A stretch of DNA of 17,021 nt. Source: an uncultured Erysipelotrichaceae bacterium (GTDB lineage: Bacteria; Bacillota_I; Bacilli_A; Erysipelotrichales; Erysipelotrichaceae). The stretch is taken from assembly GCA_964457525.1 (NCBI GenBank), contig CAYWGS010000026.1, positions 1 to 17,021 of the forward strand, given 5' to 3'. The notes beneath the pieces are model-generated. The model had not been told where the DNA came from. It saw nothing but the letters and a program-made list of their open reading frames with translations, and did not search any database. A program made the translations under genes and the position numbers. The first letter of the stretch is position 1. Every line of letters begins with the position of its first letter. Shown one piece after another: positions 9,485-16,860 of this stretch.

Positions 9485-10171
9485 ATGAATGGGACGATTG
9501 TAAATACATTAAGCATTATTATAGGTTCCTTGATTGGGATTAGTTTAAAGAATGGATTTATTAGAGAAAAAAGTAATGCCATTATGGGAGCTTTAGGGTT
9601 AAGTGTTATCATAATTGGTTTACAAGGTGTTATTAACTACCAATCTCCCTTAAAACTTATTGTAGCGCTTGCGTTAGGTGTATTGATTGGAGAAATAATT
9701 GATTTAGATGAACTGATTAATCATTTTGCGCATCGGGTAGAGAAGCGATTTGCACAAAATGAAGAGGGTAAATTTGCTCAAGGTTTTGTTGGGGCAAGTA
9801 TTTTATTTGGGGTAGGGGCAATGGCAATCGTTGGGTCAATACAAAGTGGTCTAGAATCAAATGAAACAATACTCTATACCAAATCATTGTTAGATTTTAT
9901 TTCTTCGATTGTATATGCATCTACATTTGGTTTAGGTGTCGCATTTTCTGCTTTTGTCATTCTAATCTATCAAGGCTTTATAACGCTTTTTAGCTCATTT
10001 ATAGCGCCACTATTAAACGAGATTGTGATTGGAGATATTAGTGCATTGGGATCTGCTTTAGTCATGGCAATTGGTTTAAATATGTTAAATATTACCAAAT
10101 TAAAGTTAGCTAATTTCTTACCATCCATCGTTGTTATGATTGGTTTATCTTATCTCTTTCTTTATGTTTGA
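9485..10171 (+). CDS. DUF554-family (YdfK/YqgA-like) polytopic membrane protein
   Basis: 228 aa, highly hydrophobic and Gly-rich. The N-terminus MNGTIVNTLSIIIGSLIGISLKNG is typical of DUF554. SD AGGAGA at 9472-9477. Confidence 0.75.
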   Translation: MNGTIVNTLSIIIGSLIGISLKNGFIREKSNAIMGALGLSVIIIGLQGVINYQSPLKLIVALALGVLIGEIIDLDELINHFAHRVEKRFAQNEEGKFAQGFVGASILFGVGAMAIVGSIQSGLESNETILYTKSLLDFISSIVYASTFGLGVAFSAFVILIYQGFITLFSSFIAPLLNEIVIGDISALGSALVMAIGLNMLNITKLKLANFLPSIVVMIGLSYLFLYV

Positions 10172-10195
10172 CAACCTTTGTATTTATGATATACT
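10168..10195 (+). promoter_or_regulatory. Strong sigma-A type promoter of the rplU operon
   Basis: -35 TTGACA at 10168-10173 overlaps the DUF554 stop codon. A 16-nt spacer precedes TGaTATACT at 10187-10195. Confidence 0.7.
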
Positions 10196-10199
10196 TACT

Positions 10200-10297
10200 A
10201 CGTTGTATTTCCTAAGTGGAATGCAACCGCACGTTAAGGTTTTTTAAGTGCCTAATTTGGTCACCGTACACGGCGAGTCTCAAAAAAACTGAAGGAG
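10200..10297 (+). promoter_or_regulatory. 5' UTR of rplU, probable ribosomal protein L21 leader
   Basis: About 100 nt of untranslated leader upstream of rplU-prp-rpmA, the context of the Rfam L21_leader. It contains a 10-bp hairpin (10202-10211 pairs with 10218-10227, loop CTAAGT) and a U-run at 10240-10245. Not verified against a covariance model. Confidence 0.5.
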
Positions 10298-10306
10298 GTG
10301 CAAGAA

Positions 10307-10618
10307 ATGTACGCAATTATCGAAACAGGTGGCAAACAACTTAAAGTAGAAGTTGGACAAAGTATTTTCGTAGAAAAGCTTTGTGTTGAGCCAGGAGAAG
10401 TTGTTGTATTTGACAAAGTATTAGTTGTCAATGCAAAATCAACGAAGGTGGGTACACCTTATGTGAAAGGTGCTACTGTTACTGCGAAAGTAGAAAAACA
10501 AGGTAAGGAAAAGAAGATTGTAATCTTCAAATACAAACCTAAGAAGGGTTCTACTCGTCGTAAACAAGGACATCGTCAACCTTACACAAAACTTGTCATT
10601 GAAGCTATCGAAGCTTAA
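10307..10618 (+). CDS. rplU: 50S ribosomal protein L21
   Basis: [11 protein letters not shown]... [21 protein letters not shown] 10307 lies 6 nt after SD GAAGGAGGTG (10291-10300). The ORF-track GTG 10298 lies inside the SD. Confidence 0.96.
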   Translation: MYAIIETGGKQLKVEVGQSIFVEKLCVEPGEVVVFDKVLVVNAKSTKVGTPYVKGATVTAKVEKQGKEKKIVIFKYKPKKGSTRRKQGHRQPYTKLVIEAIEA

Positions 10619-10620
10619 TT

Positions 10621-10938
10621 ATGATTAAAGTTGAAGTTGTAAGAAAAAATCAATTTATCCAAGAAATAACAATTTCTGGACATGCGGATTCAGGTCCTAA
10701 AGGTTATGATTTAGTTTGTGCAGCGGTAAGCAGTATCGGAACAGGTGCTCTCAATGCATTACATGAATTAGCCTCAAAAGACGTGCAGTTAGAATTAACT
10801 GAATATCCGGATGCAATGATTAAGATTAAAGTATTACAAAACACAAGTGATTTGGAACTGTTGTTAAATATGTTAATCATACAGTTAAAGACAGTTCAAG
10901 AGAATCAACAAAAATACATTCACATTAAGGAGGTGTAG
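10621..10938 (+). CDS. prp: Ribosomal-processing cysteine protease Prp (YsxB family)
   Basis: 105 aa located between rplU and rpmA. Catalytic His/Cys context: [20 protein letters not shown]. Confidence 0.9.
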   Translation: MIKVEVVRKNQFIQEITISGHADSGPKGYDLVCAAVSSIGTGALNALHELASKDVQLELTEYPDAMIKIKVLQNTSDLELLLNMLIIQLKTVQENQQKYIHIKEV

Positions 10939-10940
10939 TC

Positions 10941-11225
10941 ATGTTGTTTAAGTTAAATATCCAATTATTTGCTTCTAAAAAAGGGGTAGGATCGACTAGA
11001 AATGGTCGTGATAGTCACTCGAAGCGTTTAGGTGCTAAGTTATCAGATGGTCAATTTGCTACTGCTGGTTCGATTATTTATCGCCAACGTGGTACTAAGA
11101 TTCATCCTGGTACAAATGTCGGACGTGGTGGTGATGATACCTTGTTCTCAAAAGTAGACGGTATCGTTAAGTTTGAACGTTTAGGCAAAGACAAAACAAA
11201 AGTTTCTGTTTATCCACAAGCATAA
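10941..11225 (+). CDS. rpmA: 50S ribosomal protein L27 with cleavable N-terminal propeptide
   Basis: The sequence [10 protein letters not shown] followed by [15 protein letters not shown] matches the Firmicute Prp cleavage context (F/ASKKG). Also [10 protein letters not shown] and [20 protein letters not shown] lies upstream. Confidence 0.96.
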   Translation: MLFKLNIQLFASKKGVGSTRNGRDSHSKRLGAKLSDGQFATAGSIIYRQRGTKIHPGTNVGRGGDDTLFSKVDGIVKFERLGKDKTKVSVYPQA

Positions 11226-11248
11226 AATCCCGTTTAGGGATTTTTTTA
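11225..11248 (+). terminator. Short intrinsic terminator/attenuator between rpmA and obg
   Basis: Stem AAATCCC (11225-11231) / GGGATTT (11237-11243), loop GTTTA, and a T7 run to 11247. Only three G-C pairs. Confidence 0.65.
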
Positions 11249-11263
11249 TCGGGAGGTTAGCCA

Positions 11264-12535
11264 ATGTTTATAGATCGAGTCAAAATTAAAGTTAAAGCGG
11301 GTAATGGTGGCAATGGAATGGCCTCTTTTAGACGTGAAAAGTATATTGCATTAGGAGGTCCTTATGGAGGCGATGGAGGAAACGGTGGAAGTATTATATT
11401 TATTGCAGATTCCAATAAATCTACTCTTTTAGACTTACGCTTTAATCGTCATATCTCAGCTGAAGATGGTAAGAACGGTTTAAATAAAAAGAAACATGGG
11501 GCTGCCGGTGAGGATTTCACTGTAAAAGTACCGATTGGTACGATTATTAAAGATATAAAGCATGATGTTATAATTGCGGACTTAGTTGAAGATGGTCAAC
11601 AAGCAATTGTAGCGAATGGTGGTAAAGGTGGTAGGGGTAACTGGCATTTTGCGACAAGCCGTAATCCAGCACCTGATTTCGCAGAAAAAGGTGAATTAGG
11701 TGAAGAAAAAGAAATAGAAGTAGAACTAAAATTATTAGCGGATGTTGGTCTTGTAGGATTTCCATCTGTTGGTAAATCTACATTCTTATCGGTTGTAAGT
11801 AAAGCGAAACCGGAAATTGCGGCGTATCCATTCACAACACTTATTCCACAACTTGGTGTTGTTCAAGTACCTGATGGAAGATCTTTTGTATTAGCTGATT
11901 TACCAGGGCTAATTGAAGGAGCTCATCAAGGCAAGGGTCTAGGTCATCAATTCTTAAAACACATTGAACGTTGTCGTGTACTAATTCATATCATTGATAT
12001 GGGTGCAGAAGATCATCGTGATCCAATTGAAGACTTTAGAATAATCAATGAAGAATTAGCTCAATATGAATTCCGTTTAACTGAACGACCTCAAGTAATT
12101 GTGGCGAATAAGATGGATCTTGAACATGCTAAAGAGAATTTAATTCGATTCAAAGAAGCATATCCAGATATTGAAGTATTTGAAACCATTACACTTATTT
12201 CTGAAGGCTTAGACAAGATTTTATATCGCGTTGCGGACTTACTTGAAAAGACGAGTAACTTTATTCAAGATGAAATTCAGAATGAATCTGTTCATTACAA
12301 ATTTATTGAAGAAATTCCATTTGAAGTTCGTCAAATTAAAGAAAATACTTATGAATTGTTTGGTGATCGAATCGAAAAATTATTCCATCGTGCCGATATT
12401 ACCACTGAACAAGGTGCACAACGTTTTGCGCGTCAATTAAGACATTTAGGTGTTGACCAAGCGCTTAGAGCTAAAGGCGTTCAAGATGGGGATATTATTG
12501 TTATTAAAGACTATCAGTTCATCTTTATGGATTAA
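11264..12535 (+). CDS. obg: GTPase Obg/CgtA
   Basis: Gly-rich Obg fold (FIDRVKIKVKAGNGGNG, GGDGGNGGS, GGKGGRGN). G1 GFPSVGKST, G3 DLPGLIEGA, G4 NKMD. C-terminal OCT domain. SD GGGAGG at 11251-11256. Confidence 0.96.
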   Translation: MFIDRVKIKVKAGNGGNGMASFRREKYIALGGPYGGDGGNGGSIIFIADSNKSTLLDLRFNRHISAEDGKNGLNKKKHGAAGEDFTVKVPIGTIIKDIKHDVIIADLVEDGQQAIVANGGKGGRGNWHFATSRNPAPDFAEKGELGEEKEIEVELKLLADVGLVGFPSVGKSTFLSVVSKAKPEIAAYPFTTLIPQLGVVQVPDGRSFVLADLPGLIEGAHQGKGLGHQFLKHIERCRVLIHIIDMGAEDHRDPIEDFRIINEELAQYEFRLTERPQVIVANKMDLEHAKENLIRFKEAYPDIEVFETITLISEGLDKILYRVADLLEKTSNFIQDEIQNESVHYKFIEEIPFEVRQIKENTYELFGDRIEKLFHRADITTEQGAQRFARQLRHLGVDQALRAKGVQDGDIIVIKDYQFIFMD

Positions 12536-12541
12536 TTGTTG

Positions 12542-12550
12542 TGATATAAT
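12542..12550 (+). promoter_or_regulatory. Extended -10 box TGaTATAAT, 6 nt upstream of the ruvA ATG
   Basis: TGATATAAT at 12542-12550, then AATGTC, then ATG at 12557. No SD in the 21-nt obg-ruvA gap. Confidence 0.45.
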
Positions 12551-12556
12551 AATGTC

Positions 12557-13135
12557 ATGATTGCATTTATAAAAGGAAAAGTTCATAGTTTTACTTTAGA
12601 TTGGGTTATTCTAGATTGTGGTGGAATAGGCTATCGAATCTATTTTGCTCATCCTGAGGTTTTAAAACTCAATGAAGAAGTATTATTGTATACCCATCAA
12701 TATATTCGTGAAGACGAACATAGTCTTTTTGGTTTCTTAAGTCAAACAGATTATGATTTGTTCATAAAACTTATAAGCGTAAAAGGAGTTGGTTGTAAAA
12801 CAGCTAATTCCATTTTTGCGTCGAGTAATACAGATCGATTAATTCAAGCGATTGAATTAAGTGATTTAGATTACTTAAAGAAACTCCCTGGTATTGGAGC
12901 TAAGACTGCTTCTCAGATTATTCTTGATTTAAAGGGAAAATTAGTGTCAGAGCATAAAGAAGATAGTAAGATATCTAAAACATTATCCGATACTTTTGAT
13001 GCATTAAAATCACTTGGTTATAAACAAACTGAGCTTAATCCACTTGTGAAAGATCTTGAAAAGAATCCAGATCAATCAACGGATGCATTATTAAAGTTAT
13101 CCCTTCAGATTTTAGGTAAAAAAAGAGGTAAGTAA
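12557..13135 (+). CDS. ruvA: Holliday junction branch-migration complex subunit RuvA
   Basis: MIAFIKGKV...GGIGYRI N-terminal OB domain. Two helix-hairpin-helix motifs ([20 protein letters not shown]). C-terminal domain III. Confidence 0.95.
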   Translation: MIAFIKGKVHSFTLDWVILDCGGIGYRIYFAHPEVLKLNEEVLLYTHQYIREDEHSLFGFLSQTDYDLFIKLISVKGVGCKTANSIFASSNTDRLIQAIELSDLDYLKKLPGIGAKTASQIILDLKGKLVSEHKEDSKISKTLSDTFDALKSLGYKQTELNPLVKDLEKNPDQSTDALLKLSLQILGKKRGK

Positions 13136-14139
13136 TGGAAGAAAGATTATTATCGTCTAATATAATGCAAGAAGATGAGGACATGAATTTACGTCCTCAG
13201 TTTTTAGATGAGTATGTTGGTCAAGAGCATTTAAAAGAGAATTTAAGAATTTTCATTCAAGCCGCAAAGAATCGTTCTGAAAGCTTAGATCATGTATTAC
13301 TATATGGTCCTCCAGGGCTTGGTAAAACAACGTTAGCCTATATTCTGTCACATGAAATGGAACGTAATATTCGTATTACCAGTGGCCCAAGTATTGAACG
13401 TTCAGGTGATTTAGCCGCTATTTTGAGTACTTTAGAAGCAGGTGATGTCTTGTTTATAGATGAAATTCATCGATTACCTAAGATGGTAGAAGAAGTACTG
13501 TATCCAGCAATGGAAGATTATGCAATCGATATCGTCGTTGGAAAAGATGCGTCTGTAAGATCAATTCGTTTAGACTTACCACCATTTACTTTAGTTGGTG
13601 CTACAACTCGTGCGGGTGATTTAACAGCTCCCCTAAGAGATCGATTTGGTATTGTTAGTAAATTAGATTACTATTCAGTATCTGAATTAGGACAAATCAT
13701 TCATAGAACATCAAGAGTTCTAGAAACACCAATCGATGAAGAAGCAATTCTAGAGATTGCGAAACGTAGTCGAGGTACACCTCGTATCGCGAATCGCTTG
13801 TTTAGACGTGTTAGAGATTTTGCTCAAGTATTAAATGAAGGCAAAATTAGCATAGACATTGCAAAACACGCTTTAGATCGATTAAAGGTCGATAATTTAG
13901 GATTGGATGATGTTGATATTCGTTACTTAAAGGGAATTATTGAACGTTTTAAAGGTGGTCCAGTAGGCTTAGAAGCAATAGCATCTAGTATTCAAGAAGA
14001 AGCGATGACGCTTGAAGATGTCTATGAACCTTATTTATTACAAATTGGATTTATAAATCGTACCGCAAGAGGTCGAGTTGTTACATTAAAAGCATATGAA
14101 CATTTAGGATTAAAAACACAAGAAGGACTCTTTGAGTAA
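13135..14139 (+). CDS. ruvB: Holliday junction ATP-dependent DNA helicase RuvB
   Basis: Walker [10 protein letters not shown], Walker [29 protein letters not shown] start/stop overlap with ruvA. Confidence 0.97.
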   Translation: MEERLLSSNIMQEDEDMNLRPQFLDEYVGQEHLKENLRIFIQAAKNRSESLDHVLLYGPPGLGKTTLAYILSHEMERNIRITSGPSIERSGDLAAILSTLEAGDVLFIDEIHRLPKMVEEVLYPAMEDYAIDIVVGKDASVRSIRLDLPPFTLVGATTRAGDLTAPLRDRFGIVSKLDYYSVSELGQIIHRTSRVLETPIDEEAILEIAKRSRGTPRIANRLFRRVRDFAQVLNEGKISIDIAKHALDRLKVDNLGLDDVDIRYLKGIIERFKGGPVGLEAIASSIQEEAMTLEDVYEPYLLQIGFINRTARGRVVTLKAYEHLGLKTQEGLFE

Positions 14140-14152
14140 TTCTTGTGTTTTT
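14112..14152. terminator. Bidirectional intrinsic terminator shared by convergent ruvB and the HAD gene
   Basis: 13-nt arms AAAAACACAAGAA (14112-14124) and TTCTTGTGTTTTT (14140-14152) with a 15-nt loop. A/T runs give a U-tail on either strand. The left arm lies inside the last ruvB codons. Confidence 0.7.
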
Positions 14153-14154
14153 TA

Positions 14155-14814
14155 TTAGACTAATCCAATTATTTCATATAATTCACGAACTGTTTCTAAT
14201 GATTTATTTGATGTTTTTTGTATGTAATCATTTAATCTTTCATCAAAATAAGCCCATTGTGCCCAGATAAAATCGACATTCGCATTTGTCGCCATTTGAT
14301 ATCCGACTGGCATATCATCGATGACTAAAATATCATTCTCACTTATATTAAATTCTTTAATGGTTTGATAAATTGGATAAGGATTTGGTTTTAGTTTATC
14401 TTTCCCATGATCATGCGCAAAGATTAAATCAGGAATAATCCCAAAGTGATCCAGATAATCTCGTTTTATTTCACTTGATTCAGAATAAGAAACAACAACA
14501 ATCTTTCCTCCAAGCGCTTTATATTGAGTTAGAAGTTCTTTCCAACCATCAAATGGATTAGCTTGACTATTCTGTGTATGTGATTTCCAAATTCGATATT
14601 CTATTTCCATTTCTTCTTCATTGAATTGATATCGTTCAGTGCAAAGGTGATAGAATCCATAAACAAAACAATGATGATTAAAATCTTCAAATGAGATAGG
14701 AGGAAGATTTGGTCTAAGTGTCTGTAAAGTATGTAAAAAAGCAGGGTAGTGTATACTTTGACTGCTATTTACAACTGTATCATCATGATCAAGTATCAAA
14801 CATTTATATTTCAT
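14155..14814 (-). CDS. HAD-superfamily phosphatase (subfamily IA-like); substrate unknown
   Basis: Motif I LILDHDDTVVNS (DxDxT), motif II VVSYSES, motif III KPNPYP, motif IV VIDDMPVG. The only minus-strand gene in the window. Confidence 0.85.
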   Translation of the reverse strand: MKYKCLILDHDDTVVNSSQSIHYPAFLHTLQTLRPNLPPISFEDFNHHCFVYGFYHLCTERYQFNEEEMEIEYRIWKSHTQNSQANPFDGWKELLTQYKALGGKIVVVSYSESSEIKRDYLDHFGIIPDLIFAHDHGKDKLKPNPYPIYQTIKEFNISENDILVIDDMPVGYQMATNANVDFIWAQWAYFDERLNDYIQKTSNKSLETVRELYEIIGLV

Positions 14815-14820
14815 AGAAAT

Positions 14821-14829
14821 ATTTTATCA
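14821..14829 (-). promoter_or_regulatory. Extended -10 box TGaTAAAAT (minus strand), 6 nt upstream of the HAD ATG
   Basis: The minus strand reads TGATAAAAT, then ATTTCT, then ATG (14814). No SD. Confidence 0.4.
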
Positions 14830-14849
14830 TAAGTCGGGTATAATGCTTA

Positions 14850-14858
14850 TGGTATAAT
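14850..14858 (+). promoter_or_regulatory. Extended -10 promoter TGgTATAAT for murG
   Basis: TGGTATAAT at 14850-14858, about 10 nt upstream of SD AAAGGAGA (14868-14875). A second GGTATAAT copy sits 14 bp upstream at 14837-14844. Confidence 0.55.
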
Positions 14859-14881
14859 TACTTAGCGAAAGGAGACTTCAA

Positions 14882-15967
14882 ATGAAAGTATGTCTAATTG
14901 CAGGGGGAACTGGTGGTCACATTTATCCGGCTTTAGCGCTCGCTCAAGCACTTAAGGACCAAGATTCAGGTCATGAGATCTTTTTTATTGGTAATCATGA
15001 ACGAATGGAGTCCGAATTAATTCCTCAACATGGTTATGCATTTGAAGGTTTATCCACGAAAGGATTACAAGGGAATATTCTTCAAAAATTATATGCATTG
15101 TATACATTATTCTTTAAAAGACAAAAAGTTAAAGCAATCTTAAAACAATATAAACCAGATGTTGTGATTGGTTTTGGTGGATATGTTTGTGTTCCGGTTA
15201 TTATGGAGGCAAAACGTCTTGGTATCAAAACATTTTTACATGAACAAAATGCAATAGCCGGTAAAGCTAATCTATTTTTAGCACGATACGTAGATGCGAT
15301 TGTGGCGAGTTATGAAAACAATCTAAAAGAATTTCCAATTCAAAAAACTCGTTTATTAGGAAATCCTCGTACATATGTATTCTTAAATCAAAATAACCAA
15401 ATCGATATTCAAAAGACGTATGGATTAGATTCAAACAAGAAAACAGTTTTATTTGTAATGGGTTCATTAGGTTCTGAATCAGTTAATCAAATAATGGGAG
15501 GAGTACTTGAACTTTTAGACAAGAACAATATTCAATCTATTTATGTTACTGGTAAGAAACACTATGAATCATTTATTGAACAAAATGATGAGACTTCGAA
15601 CATAAAGATTGTTCCTTATATTGATCAAAAAGCTGTTATGCAAGAAGTTGATTTAATGGTGACGCGTGGTGGCGCAACAACCGCTGCTGAGATTATGGTT
15701 ACAGGTATTCCTTCGATTATTATTCCGAGTCCGTTTGTACCTAATAATCATCAGTTTTTTAATGCACAAGCTTTAAAAGAAAAGAAAGCAAGTATTCTTG
15801 TAGAAGAAAAAGAACTAGATAGTCAAAAGCTTTCAGCACTCATTATTTCTCTACTTGAGAATCAATCTGAATTGGATGAAATGAAAAAGAATGCTCAATT
15901 ATTAGGTCATCCCAATGCGGCTCAAGATTTTATTCGTTGGATATTAGAGGAAGTTCATAATGCATGA
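14882..15967 (+). CDS. murG: UDP-N-acetylglucosamine--N-acetylmuramyl-(pentapeptide) pyrophosphoryl-undecaprenol N-acetylglucosamine transferase
   Basis: GGTGGHIYPALALA N-terminal motif, HEQNAIAGKAN, TRGGATTAAE. 361 aa. Confidence 0.95.
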   Translation: MKVCLIAGGTGGHIYPALALAQALKDQDSGHEIFFIGNHERMESELIPQHGYAFEGLSTKGLQGNILQKLYALYTLFFKRQKVKAILKQYKPDVVIGFGGYVCVPVIMEAKRLGIKTFLHEQNAIAGKANLFLARYVDAIVASYENNLKEFPIQKTRLLGNPRTYVFLNQNNQIDIQKTYGLDSNKKTVLFVMGSLGSESVNQIMGGVLELLDKNNIQSIYVTGKKHYESFIEQNDETSNIKIVPYIDQKAVMQEVDLMVTRGGATTAAEIMVTGIPSIIIPSPFVPNNHQFFNAQALKEKKASILVEEKELDSQKLSALIISLLENQSELDEMKKNAQLLGHPNAAQDFIRWILEEVHNA

Positions 15968-16859
15968 TTTAAAGACTTTTTTTAGTGATTTAGGGATTTT
16001 AAAAGAAAATATCTCAATTAAGACATTAACAAGTTTTAAAATTGGTGGTAATGCTAAGTTAGTATTTTATCCCAATTCAATTGAATCAATCCAAACATCC
16101 ATCTTTTATCTTAAAGAAAAGGGTATTGATTTTAAGATGTGGGGTATGGGTTCTAATATCTTAGCTTCTGATAATGATTATAATGGTGTAATTATAAAGT
16201 TTGATCAAGCATTAAATAACATCGAAATTAAAGAAACGTTTGTTACAGTGGGTGCAGGTGTTAGTTTAATCGCATTAGCTTATAAAACATGCCAATTAGG
16301 ATTATCTGGATTTGAATATGCTACAGGTATTCCTGGATCTGTTGGTGGCGCTATTTATATGAATGCTGGGGCTTATAAACATGATACCTACGAAATTCTT
16401 AATCGTGTTTATGTGTATAAAAATAATGAATTTGTTTGGATGAACAAAGATGAACTTGATTACTCATATAGACATACGAGTTTTTGTGATCATAAAGACT
16501 GGATTATTATAAAAGCAGAGTTTAATTTAATACATGGTGATGTAAAAGCAATAGAAGCTGTTGTGAATGATCGAAAAACAAGAAGATGTCAAACACAACC
16601 TTTAAACTTACCGAGTGCAGGCAGTGTGTTTAGAAATCCAGAAGGGTATTTTGCTTGGCAAGTAATTGATCAATTAGGTTTAAGAGGTAAACAAGTTGGT
16701 GGAGCGATGTTTTCTACGGTGCACAGTAACTTTATAGTAAATGTTGATAATGCGTCTTCTAGAGATGTATTCGATTTAATTAATCTTGCGATACAATTAA
16801 GTAAAGAAAATTTAAATATCGAACTTGTTCCTGAAGTTGAATTCTTTAATTGGAGATAG
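15960..16859 (+). CDS. murB: UDP-N-acetylenolpyruvoylglucosamine reductase
   Basis: FAD-binding FKIGGNA and GMGSNIL, GIPGSVGGAIYMNAGAY, and the catalytic region LPSAGSVFRNP. 8-nt overlap with murG. Confidence 0.95.
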   Translation: MHDLKTFFSDLGILKENISIKTLTSFKIGGNAKLVFYPNSIESIQTSIFYLKEKGIDFKMWGMGSNILASDNDYNGVIIKFDQALNNIEIKETFVTVGAGVSLIALAYKTCQLGLSGFEYATGIPGSVGGAIYMNAGAYKHDTYEILNRVYVYKNNEFVWMNKDELDYSYRHTSFCDHKDWIIIKAEFNLIHGDVKAIEAVVNDRKTRRCQTQPLNLPSAGSVFRNPEGYFAWQVIDQLGLRGKQVGGAMFSTVHSNFIVNVDNASSRDVFDLINLAIQLSKENLNIELVPEVEFFNWR

Positions 16860-16860
16860 T

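Noticed and set aside
10221-10247. 8-codon upstream ORF (MQPHVKVF) in the rplU leader.
   Set aside because: It has no convincing SD, and its start codon is buried in the 3' arm of the 10-bp hairpin. It is more likely incidental to the RNA structure.
11210-11218. Perfect DnaA-box consensus TTATCCACA at the 3' end of rpmA, with 8/9 matches at 5219-5227 and 15050-15058.
   Set aside because: The hits are isolated, all inside coding sequence and kilobases apart. There is no cluster, AT-rich unwinding element or dnaA/dnaN context. A single 9-mer match in this much AT-rich sequence is not surprising.
11568-11835. Two antisense ORFs (65 and 79 aa) inside obg.
   Set aside because: Their Pro/Leu-rich sequence is simply the reverse complement of the Gly-rich Obg fold and the P-loop region. 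There are no start signals.
12231-12440. Out-of-frame 69-aa basic ORF inside the obg C-terminal domain.
   Set aside because: Its Lys/Leu/Asn-rich low-complexity translation is what AT-rich sequence gives. The obg frame carries the conserved OCT domain.
12552-12560. Mini-ORF ATG-TCA-TGA whose stop overlaps the ruvA ATG.
   Set aside because: It has only two sense codons and no SD. It lies between the -10 box and the predicted transcription start, so it would be absent from a leaderless transcript. It could matter only on obg read-through RNA.
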